The position numbers and the translations under genes are program-made. A DNA stretch of 64,000 nt from the sequence record LC667451.1. One strand, written 5' to 3'. The notes beneath the pieces were generated by a model. It saw only the letters and a program-made list of their open reading frames with translations. It was not told where the DNA came from and made no database searches. Within the stretch, counting starts at the first letter, position 1; each line of letters starts with the position of its first letter. This document shows positions 37,431 through 46,944 of this stretch, piece by piece.

Positions 37431-39626
37431 TCAGACCGAGTGCATGTTGACCGGAACCTTCGCCGTCACCACGTTCTCGATGCCAGCGACATCGATCGAG
37501 CCCATGATCGGCAGGTTCACCACGTGCAGGAACGACGGCTGCACCGTGATTTCCTTGCTGTTCGCACCGTTGCGATGCAGCGGCAGGATCAGCGTGAGTT
37601 CCGGCTTCCACGCCATGTTGCCGAAGTGCATCGGGTTCGGCACGCCTTCCTTGCCTTCACCGAACTCGCCGAACGAGAAGCGGATCTTGCCACGCATGTT
37701 GATGTTCAGCGTCGAGACGATCTTGACGTTGAAGTCATTGCCCAGCGTGCGGAAGTCGCCCGTCACTTGCAGGTAACGTGCGATGACCGGATCGGTACCG
37801 ATGATCACGGTCGGCGTTGCAGCGACGCCACCAGCCAGCGCGTCAGCAGCGGCCTTGAAGCCCGAGTCGCGGTACATGCGGTAGACCATGTCGCGCAGGA
37901 TGTTCACCAGCGAGGCCTGGATGTCCGCAGCACGTTCGTGCGACTTGATCGAGTCGATCACCGCCGGAGCGTTGTAGTCCTGGTGCTCGTAGAACGGCGT
38001 CACGAGGAAGCGCGCCACGCCCAGGATTTCCGGATCGCCTTGATACAGACCGCCGTTCGACGTCACGAGTTCCTTCAGTGCGCCTTCGGCTTCGAGCAGC
38101 TTCGCAACTGCCGCGTTCGACGTACGGATGTGCGTCGCGGTGATCAGCGCAGCCAGGTCCGATGCGTCGTTCTGGTCACCCAGCGTCAGCGGACGCGGGA
38201 TCGTGATCGGCGACAGGAGCGGCACGCCGTAAACCATGTTGTAGAACGTCAGGTCGAGCAGCTGACCGCGTTCACGACGGTTCGTGTTCGTGCGACGTGC
38301 GTCGAGGTCGTAGCCGACGACAGAAGCGCCAGCCAGAGCCGTCGCGATCGTTGCGCCAGCGCCTGCGTCCGTCGGGACCAGGTTGCCGTCTTCGTCACGG
38401 ATTTCGTAGATCGACACCGCACCAGCCGACAATTGCGTGTCAGCGAGTTCGAGGTTGACCGTACCGAACACTTGCAGCGACAGCTTGACTTCGTAGTTGC
38501 CCGACACGATGCTGTCGAGAACCGTCGATGCCGTACCGTCAGCCTTCGTCGTGTTCTTGTTGATCACCAGCGCGTTGCTGATGAAGTTCAGCGACATCAG
38601 GCGGTAGTTGTTCTGCACCGAGTACGTGAAGGTACCCGATTGCATGTTCGCCACCGACTTGAACTTGATCACTTCGGCGCCGTTGCCCGAACCGACCTGG
38701 ATGTACAGCGCGCCCAGCTTGATAGCCGGGTCGATCGCGTCGGTCGAATCCAGCATGCCGGTTTCGAGCAGCGCGTCCGTTTGCGAGATGCCGAGCAGCG
38801 AGAACTGCTTGTTGATCGCCAGCGGGCCCGTCGCGACGGAGATGCCTTCGTGGTCGATCGTTTGCGTCGGCACCAGGCTCGGCGACACGAAGTTCGCAGC
38901 AGCTTCCGGACGATAGACCGGGATGATCTTCGACAGGTCGTTGCGCAGGATCGTCGGGTCGATCAGGGCCTGGATGATGTTCTTCTTGCCGAAGTTCTTG
39001 CTGACCGCGCCGTCGATGGTGCGGCGAACTTCGTCGTACACTTGCACGAGGCGGATCGAGACCGTGTAGCCGTACTGGTCCGGCGTCACGACGACGGTCG
39101 GGAAGAACGCTTCACCGAATTCGTCCTGGCGTGCAGCCTGGAGGTTGTAGGCGACCGAGTACACCGTCGCAGCCTTCGTTTCGCGCTCGTCGTAGGCTTC
39201 GAGAGCCTTCGATTGACGCTTGTCCATCGCACCGTTGCCGACTGCCGGGATGAAGGTGTAGCCTTCCATCGACATCTTGCGGCCGACCGGCGCCGACAGG
39301 AAGCCCTTCATGTCGCCCGCGACGATCGCAGCGACGAGACCAGCTTGCTTCTGCGCAGCCGTGTGCTTGCCAGCGACGAGACCGTCGTTCTGGTTCAGTT
39401 CCGACGCGTAGTTCGAGCTGATGCCTTCGAGGGCAGCCTTGAGGCCCTTGATCGAGGTGTCGAGTTCTTGCGTGGTCGTGGGATCGAGCGACTCCATCGA
39501 CACGACGGAAGTTGCCAGACGCTTTTCGACGGCGGGACCACGGTTGAAGTGGCTTTGAACCTTGGCGACGAGCGAGTTGATCGTACCGTCCTGACCACCG
39601 TTGCCGATTTGATACAGTTTGGACAT
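37431..39626 (-). CDS. Major capsid protein (phiKZ gp120-like)
   Basis: 731 aa with extreme codon bias; propeptide with SME/ALE sites, then ALEAYDE...YNLQAARQDEFGEAFFPTVVV; VIIGTDPVIARYL; flanked by DnaB and RNAP genes. Confidence 0.92.
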   Translation of the reverse strand: MSKLYQIGNGGQDGTINSLVAKVQSHFNRGPAVEKRLATSVVSMESLDPTTTQELDTSIKGLKAALEGISSNYASELNQNDGLVAGKHTAAQKQAGLVAAIVAGDMKGFLSAPVGRKMSMEGYTFIPAVGNGAMDKRQSKALEAYDERETKAATVYSVAYNLQAARQDEFGEAFFPTVVVTPDQYGYTVSIRLVQVYDEVRRTIDGAVSKNFGKKNIIQALIDPTILRNDLSKIIPVYRPEAAANFVSPSLVPTQTIDHEGISVATGPLAINKQFSLLGISQTDALLETGMLDSTDAIDPAIKLGALYIQVGSGNGAEVIKFKSVANMQSGTFTYSVQNNYRLMSLNFISNALVINKNTTKADGTASTVLDSIVSGNYEVKLSLQVFGTVNLELADTQLSAGAVSIYEIRDEDGNLVPTDAGAGATIATALAGASVVGYDLDARRTNTNRRERGQLLDLTFYNMVYGVPLLSPITIPRPLTLGDQNDASDLAALITATHIRTSNAAVAKLLEAEGALKELVTSNGGLYQGDPEILGVARFLVTPFYEHQDYNAPAVIDSIKSHERAADIQASLVNILRDMVYRMYRDSGFKAAADALAGGVAATPTVIIGTDPVIARYLQVTGDFRTLGNDFNVKIVSTLNINMRGKIRFSFGEFGEGKEGVPNPMHFGNMAWKPELTLILPLHRNGANSKEITVQPSFLHVVNLPIMGSIDVAGIENVVTAKVPVNMHSV

Positions 39627-39674
39627 TTTCTATCCCTTGAGTTTAAACGAAGTTGCTATTGGGGCTTGTGACGC

Positions 39675-40244
39675 TTATGCCGGAATTGCTACTTTCTTCT
39701 TGGAGAGCAGCTCCAGCCAGCGCCGATACCAAGGTGTTCGAGCCACCTCGTCGTGCGGTGCGTACACATACAATGCTTTCAGAATCGCCTCCACCGTAAG
39801 GAGATGAAGCTCTTCTGACGCCATCGCAGTATAGAAGCCCGGACTAATGACCATCGCGCCAACGGCAGGTGCTATGTCATAGTAATGAAAAGGTTCGCTG
39901 TACCGCTCGTTTCGACTGTCTTCGCCAAACAAGCGTTCTTTCGCGTCCTTGACGAACGACTCGTCGAACGTCAGCGGATTTACCGTGTTCGCCAGTAGAC
40001 TCTTTCCATCCTCCGTACGAAGTGATTCATGCCAAACCTGGTATAGATTCCAGGACCCTGCGTGTGTATCACCGCCTACAAGATTAGTAGCACTATCTTG
40101 CACAGCGGCAAATCCAGCCAGATCGGCCGGGGAGCAGAAACGTCGGATCTTTTCGAAATCCAGCGTGTCTGCCAGGTTCATCTTGTTACGATGAACCGTA
40201 TCGGCGATCCAGAAGGGGATCACCACAATCTTCTTCTCTGCCAC
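39675..40244 (-). CDS. Small conserved gene upstream of the MCP (phiKZ gp119 position)
   Basis: GTG 40244 has a GGAG RBS (track start 40379 less likely); syntenic position. Confidence 0.6.
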   Translation of the reverse strand: MAEKKIVVIPFWIADTVHRNKMNLADTLDFEKIRRFCSPADLAGFAAVQDSATNLVGGDTHAGSWNLYQVWHESLRTEDGKSLLANTVNPLTFDESFVKDAKERLFGEDSRNERYSEPFHYYDIAPAVGAMVISPGFYTAMASEELHLLTVEAILKALYVYAPHDEVARTPWYRRWLELLSKKKVAIPA

Positions 40245-40458
40245 GGTATCCACTCCCGGTATGGGTGTCAGTGTTAATTTTGTTGCCGTTCGCCTAGAGT
40301 ATGTACAGGGGACAAAAAGAGCCCCGCGAACAACAGGCATACGCAAGAATCCATTGCTCGAGATCAGTCGTTCTTCCACAACATAATCATTTTCATAGAG
40401 ATGAAGTGTGTAGTACGGGGGTAGATCTTGAGAACAACATCAATCAACCGCTGCAGAA

Positions 40459-42012
40459 ATGAATAACCGACTTCTTTTGGTGAACGCGATCACCCTGCTC
40501 TATCGTGAAAGTCAGCTGCCACCGACCATGGAACGTAGCCATAACCTGGTGCGTAACATCGTGTCGACGATCAAGCTACCTGAGCAGCAGTTGACCCTCG
40601 ACCCGGAAACGGAGATCCTGGCTGGCTTGAAGAGCACGGCCCTCGCCATGTGCGACACACCCTCGGATCACGTGTACGAGCCGATGGAAATCATGCAGCG
40701 CATGAAGGTGGTCTGCGGGGAAGACCAAGCGCTTTACGAAGCGTTCGAACAAGGTGTCACGGGTGAGCTCGTCGAGAACTCGCTGAAGCGCACTTGCTTG
40801 AACATTCGTCGCACGCTGCAGAATTACTTCCGGGAAGAAAAGGTCAAGGAGATCTTGCACAAGGCAGGCGTTGCGGTGAAGTTCAACCGCGAGTCGATCA
40901 CGGATATGAAACAGTTCGTGGCGGAAGTCTGTGCTGAGCTCGAACCGTACCAGCAGGACGCGGTGACCAAGGACCCGGCGATTGTGTCACACGTGTCGTT
41001 CAGCAACCTGGACTCGATGGCCGAAGTCTTCAAGGACATTCAGCAAGAGTCCAACGGCAACTCGATTCTGCGCACAGGCTGGCAAGGCATCAACCGGATG
41101 CTGCGCGGTGGCTTCCGTCGGGGTGAGCAGGTTGTCATCGGCGCGCTGCAACACAAGTACAAGACGGGCTTTACGCTGTCGATCTTCAAACACCTGGCAC
41201 TCTACAATGTGCCCGAGATGATCGACCCCACGAAGAAACCTCTGCTGTTGCGGATTTCGTTTGAAGACGACATCAACAACAACATGCGTTTCCTCTACAC
41301 GTCTCTGAAGGAAAACGAGACAGGCGTGGCAGTGACCGACAAGGAACTGGAAGGTGCAGATCCGCAGGAGATCGCTGCGTACGTGAAGGAGAAGATGGGC
41401 GTCAACGGCTATCATATCGAGATGCTGCGGGTGGACCCGACCAAGTGGTCGTACATGGACATCTGCAACAAGCTGATCGAGTTCGAAGCCGACGGTTACG
41501 AAATCCATGCGCTGATCGTCGACTACCTGTACATGGTGCCGACGACGGGTTGCTCGCAAGGTCCAGCCGGTCACGATGTGCGTGACATGTTCCGACGCAT
41601 GCGCAACTTCACGAACCCGCGCAAGATCACGTTCATCACGCCGCACCAGTTATCCACGGAAGCCAAGCAGTTGGTCCGGGATGGCAAGATGGACTTCGTG
41701 AAGGAAATCGCGAACAAGGGCTACTACGCAGGTTCGCGCCAAATTGACCAGGAAGTGGATTTGGAACTGTACATTCACATCGAGATTGTGAATGGTCAGT
41801 CATGGTTGACGGTGCAGCGTGGCAAGCACCGGATTGTGGGACAGACCCCGTTGGTGGATCAATACTGCGTACTACCGTTCCAACCGATCGGTGGCATTCT
41901 GGATGACATCAACGGACCGGATACGACTCGCCGCAAGGTGGGTGGTGGTCCGATCGGCAGCACTGACGAAACGCCTTGGTTCGCAGCACTCGACGATCCT
42001 CTCCAACTGTAA
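40459..42012 (+). CDS. dnaB: DnaB-like replicative helicase (phiKZ gp118-like)
   Basis: TGWQGINRMLRGGFRRGE, variant Walker A GALQHKYKT, LIVDYL, ITPHQLS, QRGKHR. Confidence 0.9.
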   Translation: MNNRLLLVNAITLLYRESQLPPTMERSHNLVRNIVSTIKLPEQQLTLDPETEILAGLKSTALAMCDTPSDHVYEPMEIMQRMKVVCGEDQALYEAFEQGVTGELVENSLKRTCLNIRRTLQNYFREEKVKEILHKAGVAVKFNRESITDMKQFVAEVCAELEPYQQDAVTKDPAIVSHVSFSNLDSMAEVFKDIQQESNGNSILRTGWQGINRMLRGGFRRGEQVVIGALQHKYKTGFTLSIFKHLALYNVPEMIDPTKKPLLLRISFEDDINNNMRFLYTSLKENETGVAVTDKELEGADPQEIAAYVKEKMGVNGYHIEMLRVDPTKWSYMDICNKLIEFEADGYEIHALIVDYLYMVPTTGCSQGPAGHDVRDMFRRMRNFTNPRKITFITPHQLSTEAKQLVRDGKMDFVKEIANKGYYAGSRQIDQEVDLELYIHIEIVNGQSWLTVQRGKHRIVGQTPLVDQYCVLPFQPIGGILDDINGPDTTRRKVGGGPIGSTDETPWFAALDDPLQL

Positions 42013-42157
42013 TTACCTTTCCCCTGTAGTGCCCGCTGGCGACGCTTGGGTCTGACCAACCCAGGTGTTGCTGGCCTTTATGCCGCACTTACTAATAAAG
42101 CGCCGAAATAGTTATGAATCCAATTTTGGCCCTTACTAATAAATCGCAGAGGACCCC

Positions 42158-44206
42158 ATGTTTTCAGGCCTGAAGCGTCTGATCGGCAAGATCGATGTCA
42201 CGCAAGACGCTAAGCTCATTCACGTCGAAGGTTTGCCCGCCGATGTGGTCGCTCGCGACATCGTCAAGATCTGGGCGACCAGCAAAATCACGAACTTCAT
42301 GTTCAGCCAGATGAACAAGTCGAGCGTGGCGTTTAATCCGTTCTTTGCACCGGACATCGCCTACACGCTCAAGACGATCCTGGCACAACGCAGTCGCAAC
42401 TATAACAATCGGGCGTTGCAAAAGGTCATCGACCTACTGTACCAGAATACCTGGCTCAAGGATACGATCAGCGAGGAACATCACGACATCCTCGACTTCG
42501 GTGCACTCAGCGAACTGAATCTGCAGCTGTTGCCGCACCAGCAGACGTTCCTGAACATCTACAACGAGATGGTTCCCAAGATGCGCCTTAAGGGCTACGT
42601 CTTGGCAGCATCGCCGGGTTCGGGCAAGACGATCAACTCAATCGCACTGGGTCTCACGCTCAATGCGGATGTCCAGATTTACATCGTGCCGAAGAACTCG
42701 ATCGACGAAGTCTGGAGCAAGACGCTGGGCACCATCTTCAACAAGCCGCAGGATCACTCGTTCTGGACCTCCGCTTCGGGTAAGCCACTCGAGTGGGGAC
42801 ATCGCCACTATGTGTTCCACTACGAACAACTGGCACGGGCTGTGGAGTTCTTCAAGGCCAATGCCAGCCGCATGCGTAAGCCTTACCTCGTCGTAGATGA
42901 GTCCCACAACCTGAATGACCTCGGCAGCCTGCGTACGGGGCTGTGGATCGATCTGTGCCGGGTTATGAACTGCCAGCACGTCCTGCCGATGTCGGGCACA
43001 CCGCTGAAAGCCATCGGTAACGAAGCCATTCCGATTCTGACGGTGCTGTGCAACGATTTCAATGACGATGCCCGTATGCGTTTTCAGGAGATCTTCGGTA
43101 AGAACTCCAGTCGTGCCAATGACATCTTGCGCAACCGGCTCGGCCTGATGATGTACAAGGTCGACGCGGTGAAAGACATGGAGCCCGATGAGCCGCGTCT
43201 GGACATCAAGATGCCCAACGGTGAAGCGTACACCCTGGAAGCCGTGAAAGATGTCATGCGTAAGTTCATCACCGAGCGCATGGCTTTCTACAAGGCCAAC
43301 TACAAGGAGTTCGAGAAGACCTACTTCTACGCCCTGAGCATCTTTCAGAAGACGCTGCACGGTGGTCAGGATGTGATCGCCTTCAAGAAGTATCAAGGCT
43401 ACATTTCGACCATTCGTCAAGGCTACGATCCCAAGACCATGAAGGACATGGTGGCATGGTGTAATCACTACGAGAAGTCCAGAATCGCGCCGACGCTTCC
43501 ACGGGAGTTGAAAGTGGCGTTTCTGGATGCACGGTCCGTGGTGAAGTACGTGGACCTGAAGGTGCAGGGTGAGGCCCTGGGTCGTGTGCTGGGTAAGCTG
43601 CGTGCGCAGTGTCACGTGGATATGGTGCCATACATCGGCTTGCCCAAGCTGATCGATGGCTCACTCTCCAAGACGGTGATTTTCACGTCTTACGTGCAAG
43701 TAGTCAAACGCACCGATGAGTACCTGCAAGCAGAAGGCTATCAACCGCTGCTGGTTTATGGCGACACCAACAAGGACCTGAAGTCGATCATTGGTCGCTT
43801 TGCCGAGGATGAGGACCTGAACCCACTCATCGCGACGTTCGACTCCCTGTCGACGGCAGTGCCGCTCATCATGGCTTCGACCTCCGTGTTCATGAACTCA
43901 CCCTTCCGGGATCATGAATACAAGCAGGCCCGTGCTCGTACGGCGCGTCTGGGTCAGAAGTACCCCTGCACGATCTGGAACGTGTTTCTGGATACGGATG
44001 GCAAGCCCAACATCAGCACCCGCTCGAACGACATCATGAACTGGTCGCGCGAGATGGTCGCCTCGATGATGGGCACCAAGACAGACGCGCTAGACATCTC
44101 GCTGGAAGCGTTCCAGGACGAGATCAAGGACCCCGAAGATCAAGCACCCGTCCGAGTTGACGGGTTTATCGCACAACCCAACTGGATGCAGTGGTCATCC
44201 CTTTAA
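42158..44206 (+). CDS. SF2 (SNF2/DEAD-like) helicase
   Basis: Motif I ASPGSGKT, motif II VVDESH, motif III SGTP, motif VI QARARTARLGQ. Confidence 0.9.
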   Translation: MFSGLKRLIGKIDVTQDAKLIHVEGLPADVVARDIVKIWATSKITNFMFSQMNKSSVAFNPFFAPDIAYTLKTILAQRSRNYNNRALQKVIDLLYQNTWLKDTISEEHHDILDFGALSELNLQLLPHQQTFLNIYNEMVPKMRLKGYVLAASPGSGKTINSIALGLTLNADVQIYIVPKNSIDEVWSKTLGTIFNKPQDHSFWTSASGKPLEWGHRHYVFHYEQLARAVEFFKANASRMRKPYLVVDESHNLNDLGSLRTGLWIDLCRVMNCQHVLPMSGTPLKAIGNEAIPILTVLCNDFNDDARMRFQEIFGKNSSRANDILRNRLGLMMYKVDAVKDMEPDEPRLDIKMPNGEAYTLEAVKDVMRKFITERMAFYKANYKEFEKTYFYALSIFQKTLHGGQDVIAFKKYQGYISTIRQGYDPKTMKDMVAWCNHYEKSRIAPTLPRELKVAFLDARSVVKYVDLKVQGEALGRVLGKLRAQCHVDMVPYIGLPKLIDGSLSKTVIFTSYVQVVKRTDEYLQAEGYQPLLVYGDTNKDLKSIIGRFAEDEDLNPLIATFDSLSTAVPLIMASTSVFMNSPFRDHEYKQARARTARLGQKYPCTIWNVFLDTDGKPNISTRSNDIMNWSREMVASMMGTKTDALDISLEAFQDEIKDPEDQAPVRVDGFIAQPNWMQWSSL

Positions 44207-44221
44207 TAACTGGAGTCTGTC

Positions 44222-46870
44222 TTGAAGAAGAAACTCGGACGATTGAGCCTGGAGTCGTTTGACCAGGCCCCGACTGGCAACGTCCAGCCCATGGCACAAC
44301 CGGAGACGCCTCCGCAGCCGCTCGTGCCCACGGCAGGCTACAGCGAGACCCCGTTCAGCGGGCAAGAGAACTACGCAGCCGAGGGATCGGAAGAAGCCGA
44401 AGCAACGGACCTGTGGAAGCGGATTAAACACGCTTTCGATGTCACGTCGACACACGACGAGCAAGAGATCCTCGAACTCAACGGTCCGGGATCACAGTCT
44501 GGTATTCGCGCACTCGAAACCTACTTCCATGCCAGCGTGCCGGAGCTGCTCGTTGAGCTGCTGAAGATCCATAACGGTCAGCGCGCCTGGTGGGAAGGTC
44601 AAGCGTCGGATGGTGCCGAATCCTTCATGCCGCACGTGGCGGTGTTGTTCTCGGCCGAGAACATGCTGAAGGTCTCCAAGGAGATGCTGGAGAACAAGGA
44701 CGAGTACGATGAATGGTACGGTCCGATCCAGAAGAACGATGACCGCATCAAGAATGTGCAGTGGTCCAAGGAATGGTTGGTGATCGCCGCCAATGAGGAC
44801 ACCAAGGGCGTGCACTACATCATCGATTTCGATCCGGCACCGAAGGGTAAACGCGGCCAGATCATCAAGGTCGACTTCGATGGCAACGAGCGCGTTCATC
44901 TGGGCGACAGCTTCGAATCGTGGTTCCGTGGCTTCGTGAATCGCTTGTCCCATCACAATCACGCGATGGAAAGCCTCATCAAGCCTGCGTATCCGCTGCG
45001 TAAGGCGCTCGAAGCCGAGGCGATGGTCGTGGACGTCGACGACCTGGACCAACTCGCTGTAGGGGCTAATAGCCTGTCCTCGTACCTGACGGAATCTGGC
45101 GTCGGTATGGCCATGGAGTCGGCCAAGAGCCCGAGTGACATCGCCAAAAGCAAGATGCACCTGCGCTTCAAGAAGCTCAAGGATGGTTTCGTCGATACGT
45201 TCCGCTCAGCGGCGGGCATGGCTTCGAAGTACGAACGCCAGCTCGACGAGCTGGAAGAAGAGCTGCTCAAGGGTCACGTGCATGGCCAGATCAAGGTCAA
45301 CATGTCGAGTCTGTGGCAGCACTTCTCCGACGAGAAGGGTCCGATCACGCACAACCTGCTCACCAAAGTGCGCGAAGACGTCGCTTACTCGACCTACATC
45401 CTGACGAGCTTCTCGGAGCAAGCCTACCAGCAACTCGAAGGCCTGTCGCGGGCTCTGCATACAGGTCAGGGCACCGACGACGAGCAGGCCAAGCGGACGG
45501 CACTGGATGTCGAGAAGCTCAAGGGTCCGGCTGAATACATGGATCAGAAGTGGATCTGTGCGGCGGGTGAACAACCGTATCTGTCAGTCACGGGTCTGTC
45601 GGCAGTACAAGGTCGTCATCCGCGCCCGGTGGGGATAGAAGGTGTCTCGCTGGATCGTCTGGCGCTGCTGGCTACGCCGTACCATCTGCGTGAGTACGGT
45701 TCGTTCCTGCACGGTCTGAAGAAGATGTTCGTCAACGACTCGAAGAAGGAAACGCATCTGGCGGCAGAAGACCTTGCCAAGCTGATCGTCATCGGTCGTG
45801 AGTACCTGGTGGCCGCCAAGTTGTATCTGGCGATCTACAACAAGGTCTGGCCGATCTTCCGTCGACTCGACGATAGCCTGGACATGATCTGGGATGACTT
45901 CGGCTTGACGGATTACGAGGTCAACATTGAAGGGGAAGCCGAAGACGGCAGCGACGATGTCAACATCCAGTGGCAGACCTCGGACACAGGCAATGTCAAG
46001 CGTCGTCTGGCGGTGTTCGACCAGCTGATGCAGGTGGTGCGCAACTTCTCGGACGCTGTCTTGCAACCGGGTGTGAACGAACTGGCACGGGCGCTGCGTG
46101 CGGCAAAGTTCCACGGCTATCTGGTCGCCGCTGGTATCAAGGCAGCAGAAGGCCATGGCCAGAACGCAGGTAATGTGGCGCAAGAACTGTTCGGCTTTGG
46201 CAAGAAGGAACAACCCAAGGCTGAATACAAAGCCCCACAACTGAAGGACATCCCGGCACCGGAATGGGACCCGCATCATCCGCCGTCAATCCAGCAGACC
46301 TGGCAAGCGCTCACGACGTTTCTGAAGCAAGAAGCGCCGGACCAGTTGAAGTACATGCGGCCGCTGCAAAACGACGCTGAACTGAAGAAGTTCATCGCGT
46401 TGGTGAAAGAAGAGTCGGGCCGTGAGTTCCCCAAGGAACTGATCGAGCTCTGGAAGCTGACGGACGGCTTCGAATCGTCATGGCAGAAGCCCGGCATGTT
46501 CGATCATGCAGACTTCCTGTCGGTGCACTGGGCCTACGACGCGTATCTCTCCAATCTGTCGATGATGGACGACGACTGGGCAGATTCGAGTTCGGACGTG
46601 GGTCAAGGTATCCAGGGTAAACGCTGGTGGGAGCCCTGGTGGATTCCGTTCACGGGTCACGGCAACGGCGACGCACTGTGCGTCGACATCCATCCGGGCG
46701 CCGGTGGTAAGCCGGGTCAAGTGATCTCCTGGTACCACGACTCGGATGATCGCATGGTGAAAGCTCCGAGTGTCGCGGCTTTCTTCGCGTTGTGCGTGCA
46801 TCGCACGATCTACAGCCACGGCCACAAGAAGGACTGGGACAGCAAGAACCCGCAGCAAGCCCAGAAGTAA
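44222..46870 (+). CDS. Head-protein paralog carrying two SMI1/KNR4 (SUKH) domains
   Basis: TTG start with GGAG RBS; SUKH motifs LNGPGSQSGIRALE..VPE..IHNGQ..WLVIA..IDFDPAPKGKRGQII..SFESW and FPKEL..TDG..WWIPFTGHGNGDALCVD..GQVISWYHD..APSV; central region homologous to 46945-48378. Confidence 0.85.
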   Translation: MKKKLGRLSLESFDQAPTGNVQPMAQPETPPQPLVPTAGYSETPFSGQENYAAEGSEEAEATDLWKRIKHAFDVTSTHDEQEILELNGPGSQSGIRALETYFHASVPELLVELLKIHNGQRAWWEGQASDGAESFMPHVAVLFSAENMLKVSKEMLENKDEYDEWYGPIQKNDDRIKNVQWSKEWLVIAANEDTKGVHYIIDFDPAPKGKRGQIIKVDFDGNERVHLGDSFESWFRGFVNRLSHHNHAMESLIKPAYPLRKALEAEAMVVDVDDLDQLAVGANSLSSYLTESGVGMAMESAKSPSDIAKSKMHLRFKKLKDGFVDTFRSAAGMASKYERQLDELEEELLKGHVHGQIKVNMSSLWQHFSDEKGPITHNLLTKVREDVAYSTYILTSFSEQAYQQLEGLSRALHTGQGTDDEQAKRTALDVEKLKGPAEYMDQKWICAAGEQPYLSVTGLSAVQGRHPRPVGIEGVSLDRLALLATPYHLREYGSFLHGLKKMFVNDSKKETHLAAEDLAKLIVIGREYLVAAKLYLAIYNKVWPIFRRLDDSLDMIWDDFGLTDYEVNIEGEAEDGSDDVNIQWQTSDTGNVKRRLAVFDQLMQVVRNFSDAVLQPGVNELARALRAAKFHGYLVAAGIKAAEGHGQNAGNVAQELFGFGKKEQPKAEYKAPQLKDIPAPEWDPHHPPSIQQTWQALTTFLKQEAPDQLKYMRPLQNDAELKKFIALVKEESGREFPKELIELWKLTDGFESSWQKPGMFDHADFLSVHWAYDAYLSNLSMMDDDWADSSSDVGQGIQGKRWWEPWWIPFTGHGNGDALCVDIHPGAGGKPGQVISWYHDSDDRMVKAPSVAAFFALCVHRTIYSHGHKKDWDSKNPQQAQK

Positions 46871-46944
46871 ACAGCAACGTTTGTCGGGGTGGAGAATATT
46901 CTATGGAATTCCACTCCGATTAATTCCTTTTCGAAAAGGTCATC

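Noticed and set aside
37440-39671. 743-aa plus-strand ORF overlapping the capsid gene, and similar long antisense ORFs (46-726, 2813-4318, 6413-7951, 15691-16557, 23906-25618, 34189-35745, 46810-48354, 54247-55494)
   Set aside because: They are antisense shadows of motif-bearing genes: strong codon bias removes stops on the opposite strand, and the translations are Arg/Val/His-rich with no motifs or RBS.
44505-44525. IRALE as a prohead-protease site inside the first SUKH domain
   Set aside because: It coincides with the conserved I..LE helix of SUKH domains, so it cannot count as independent evidence of processing.
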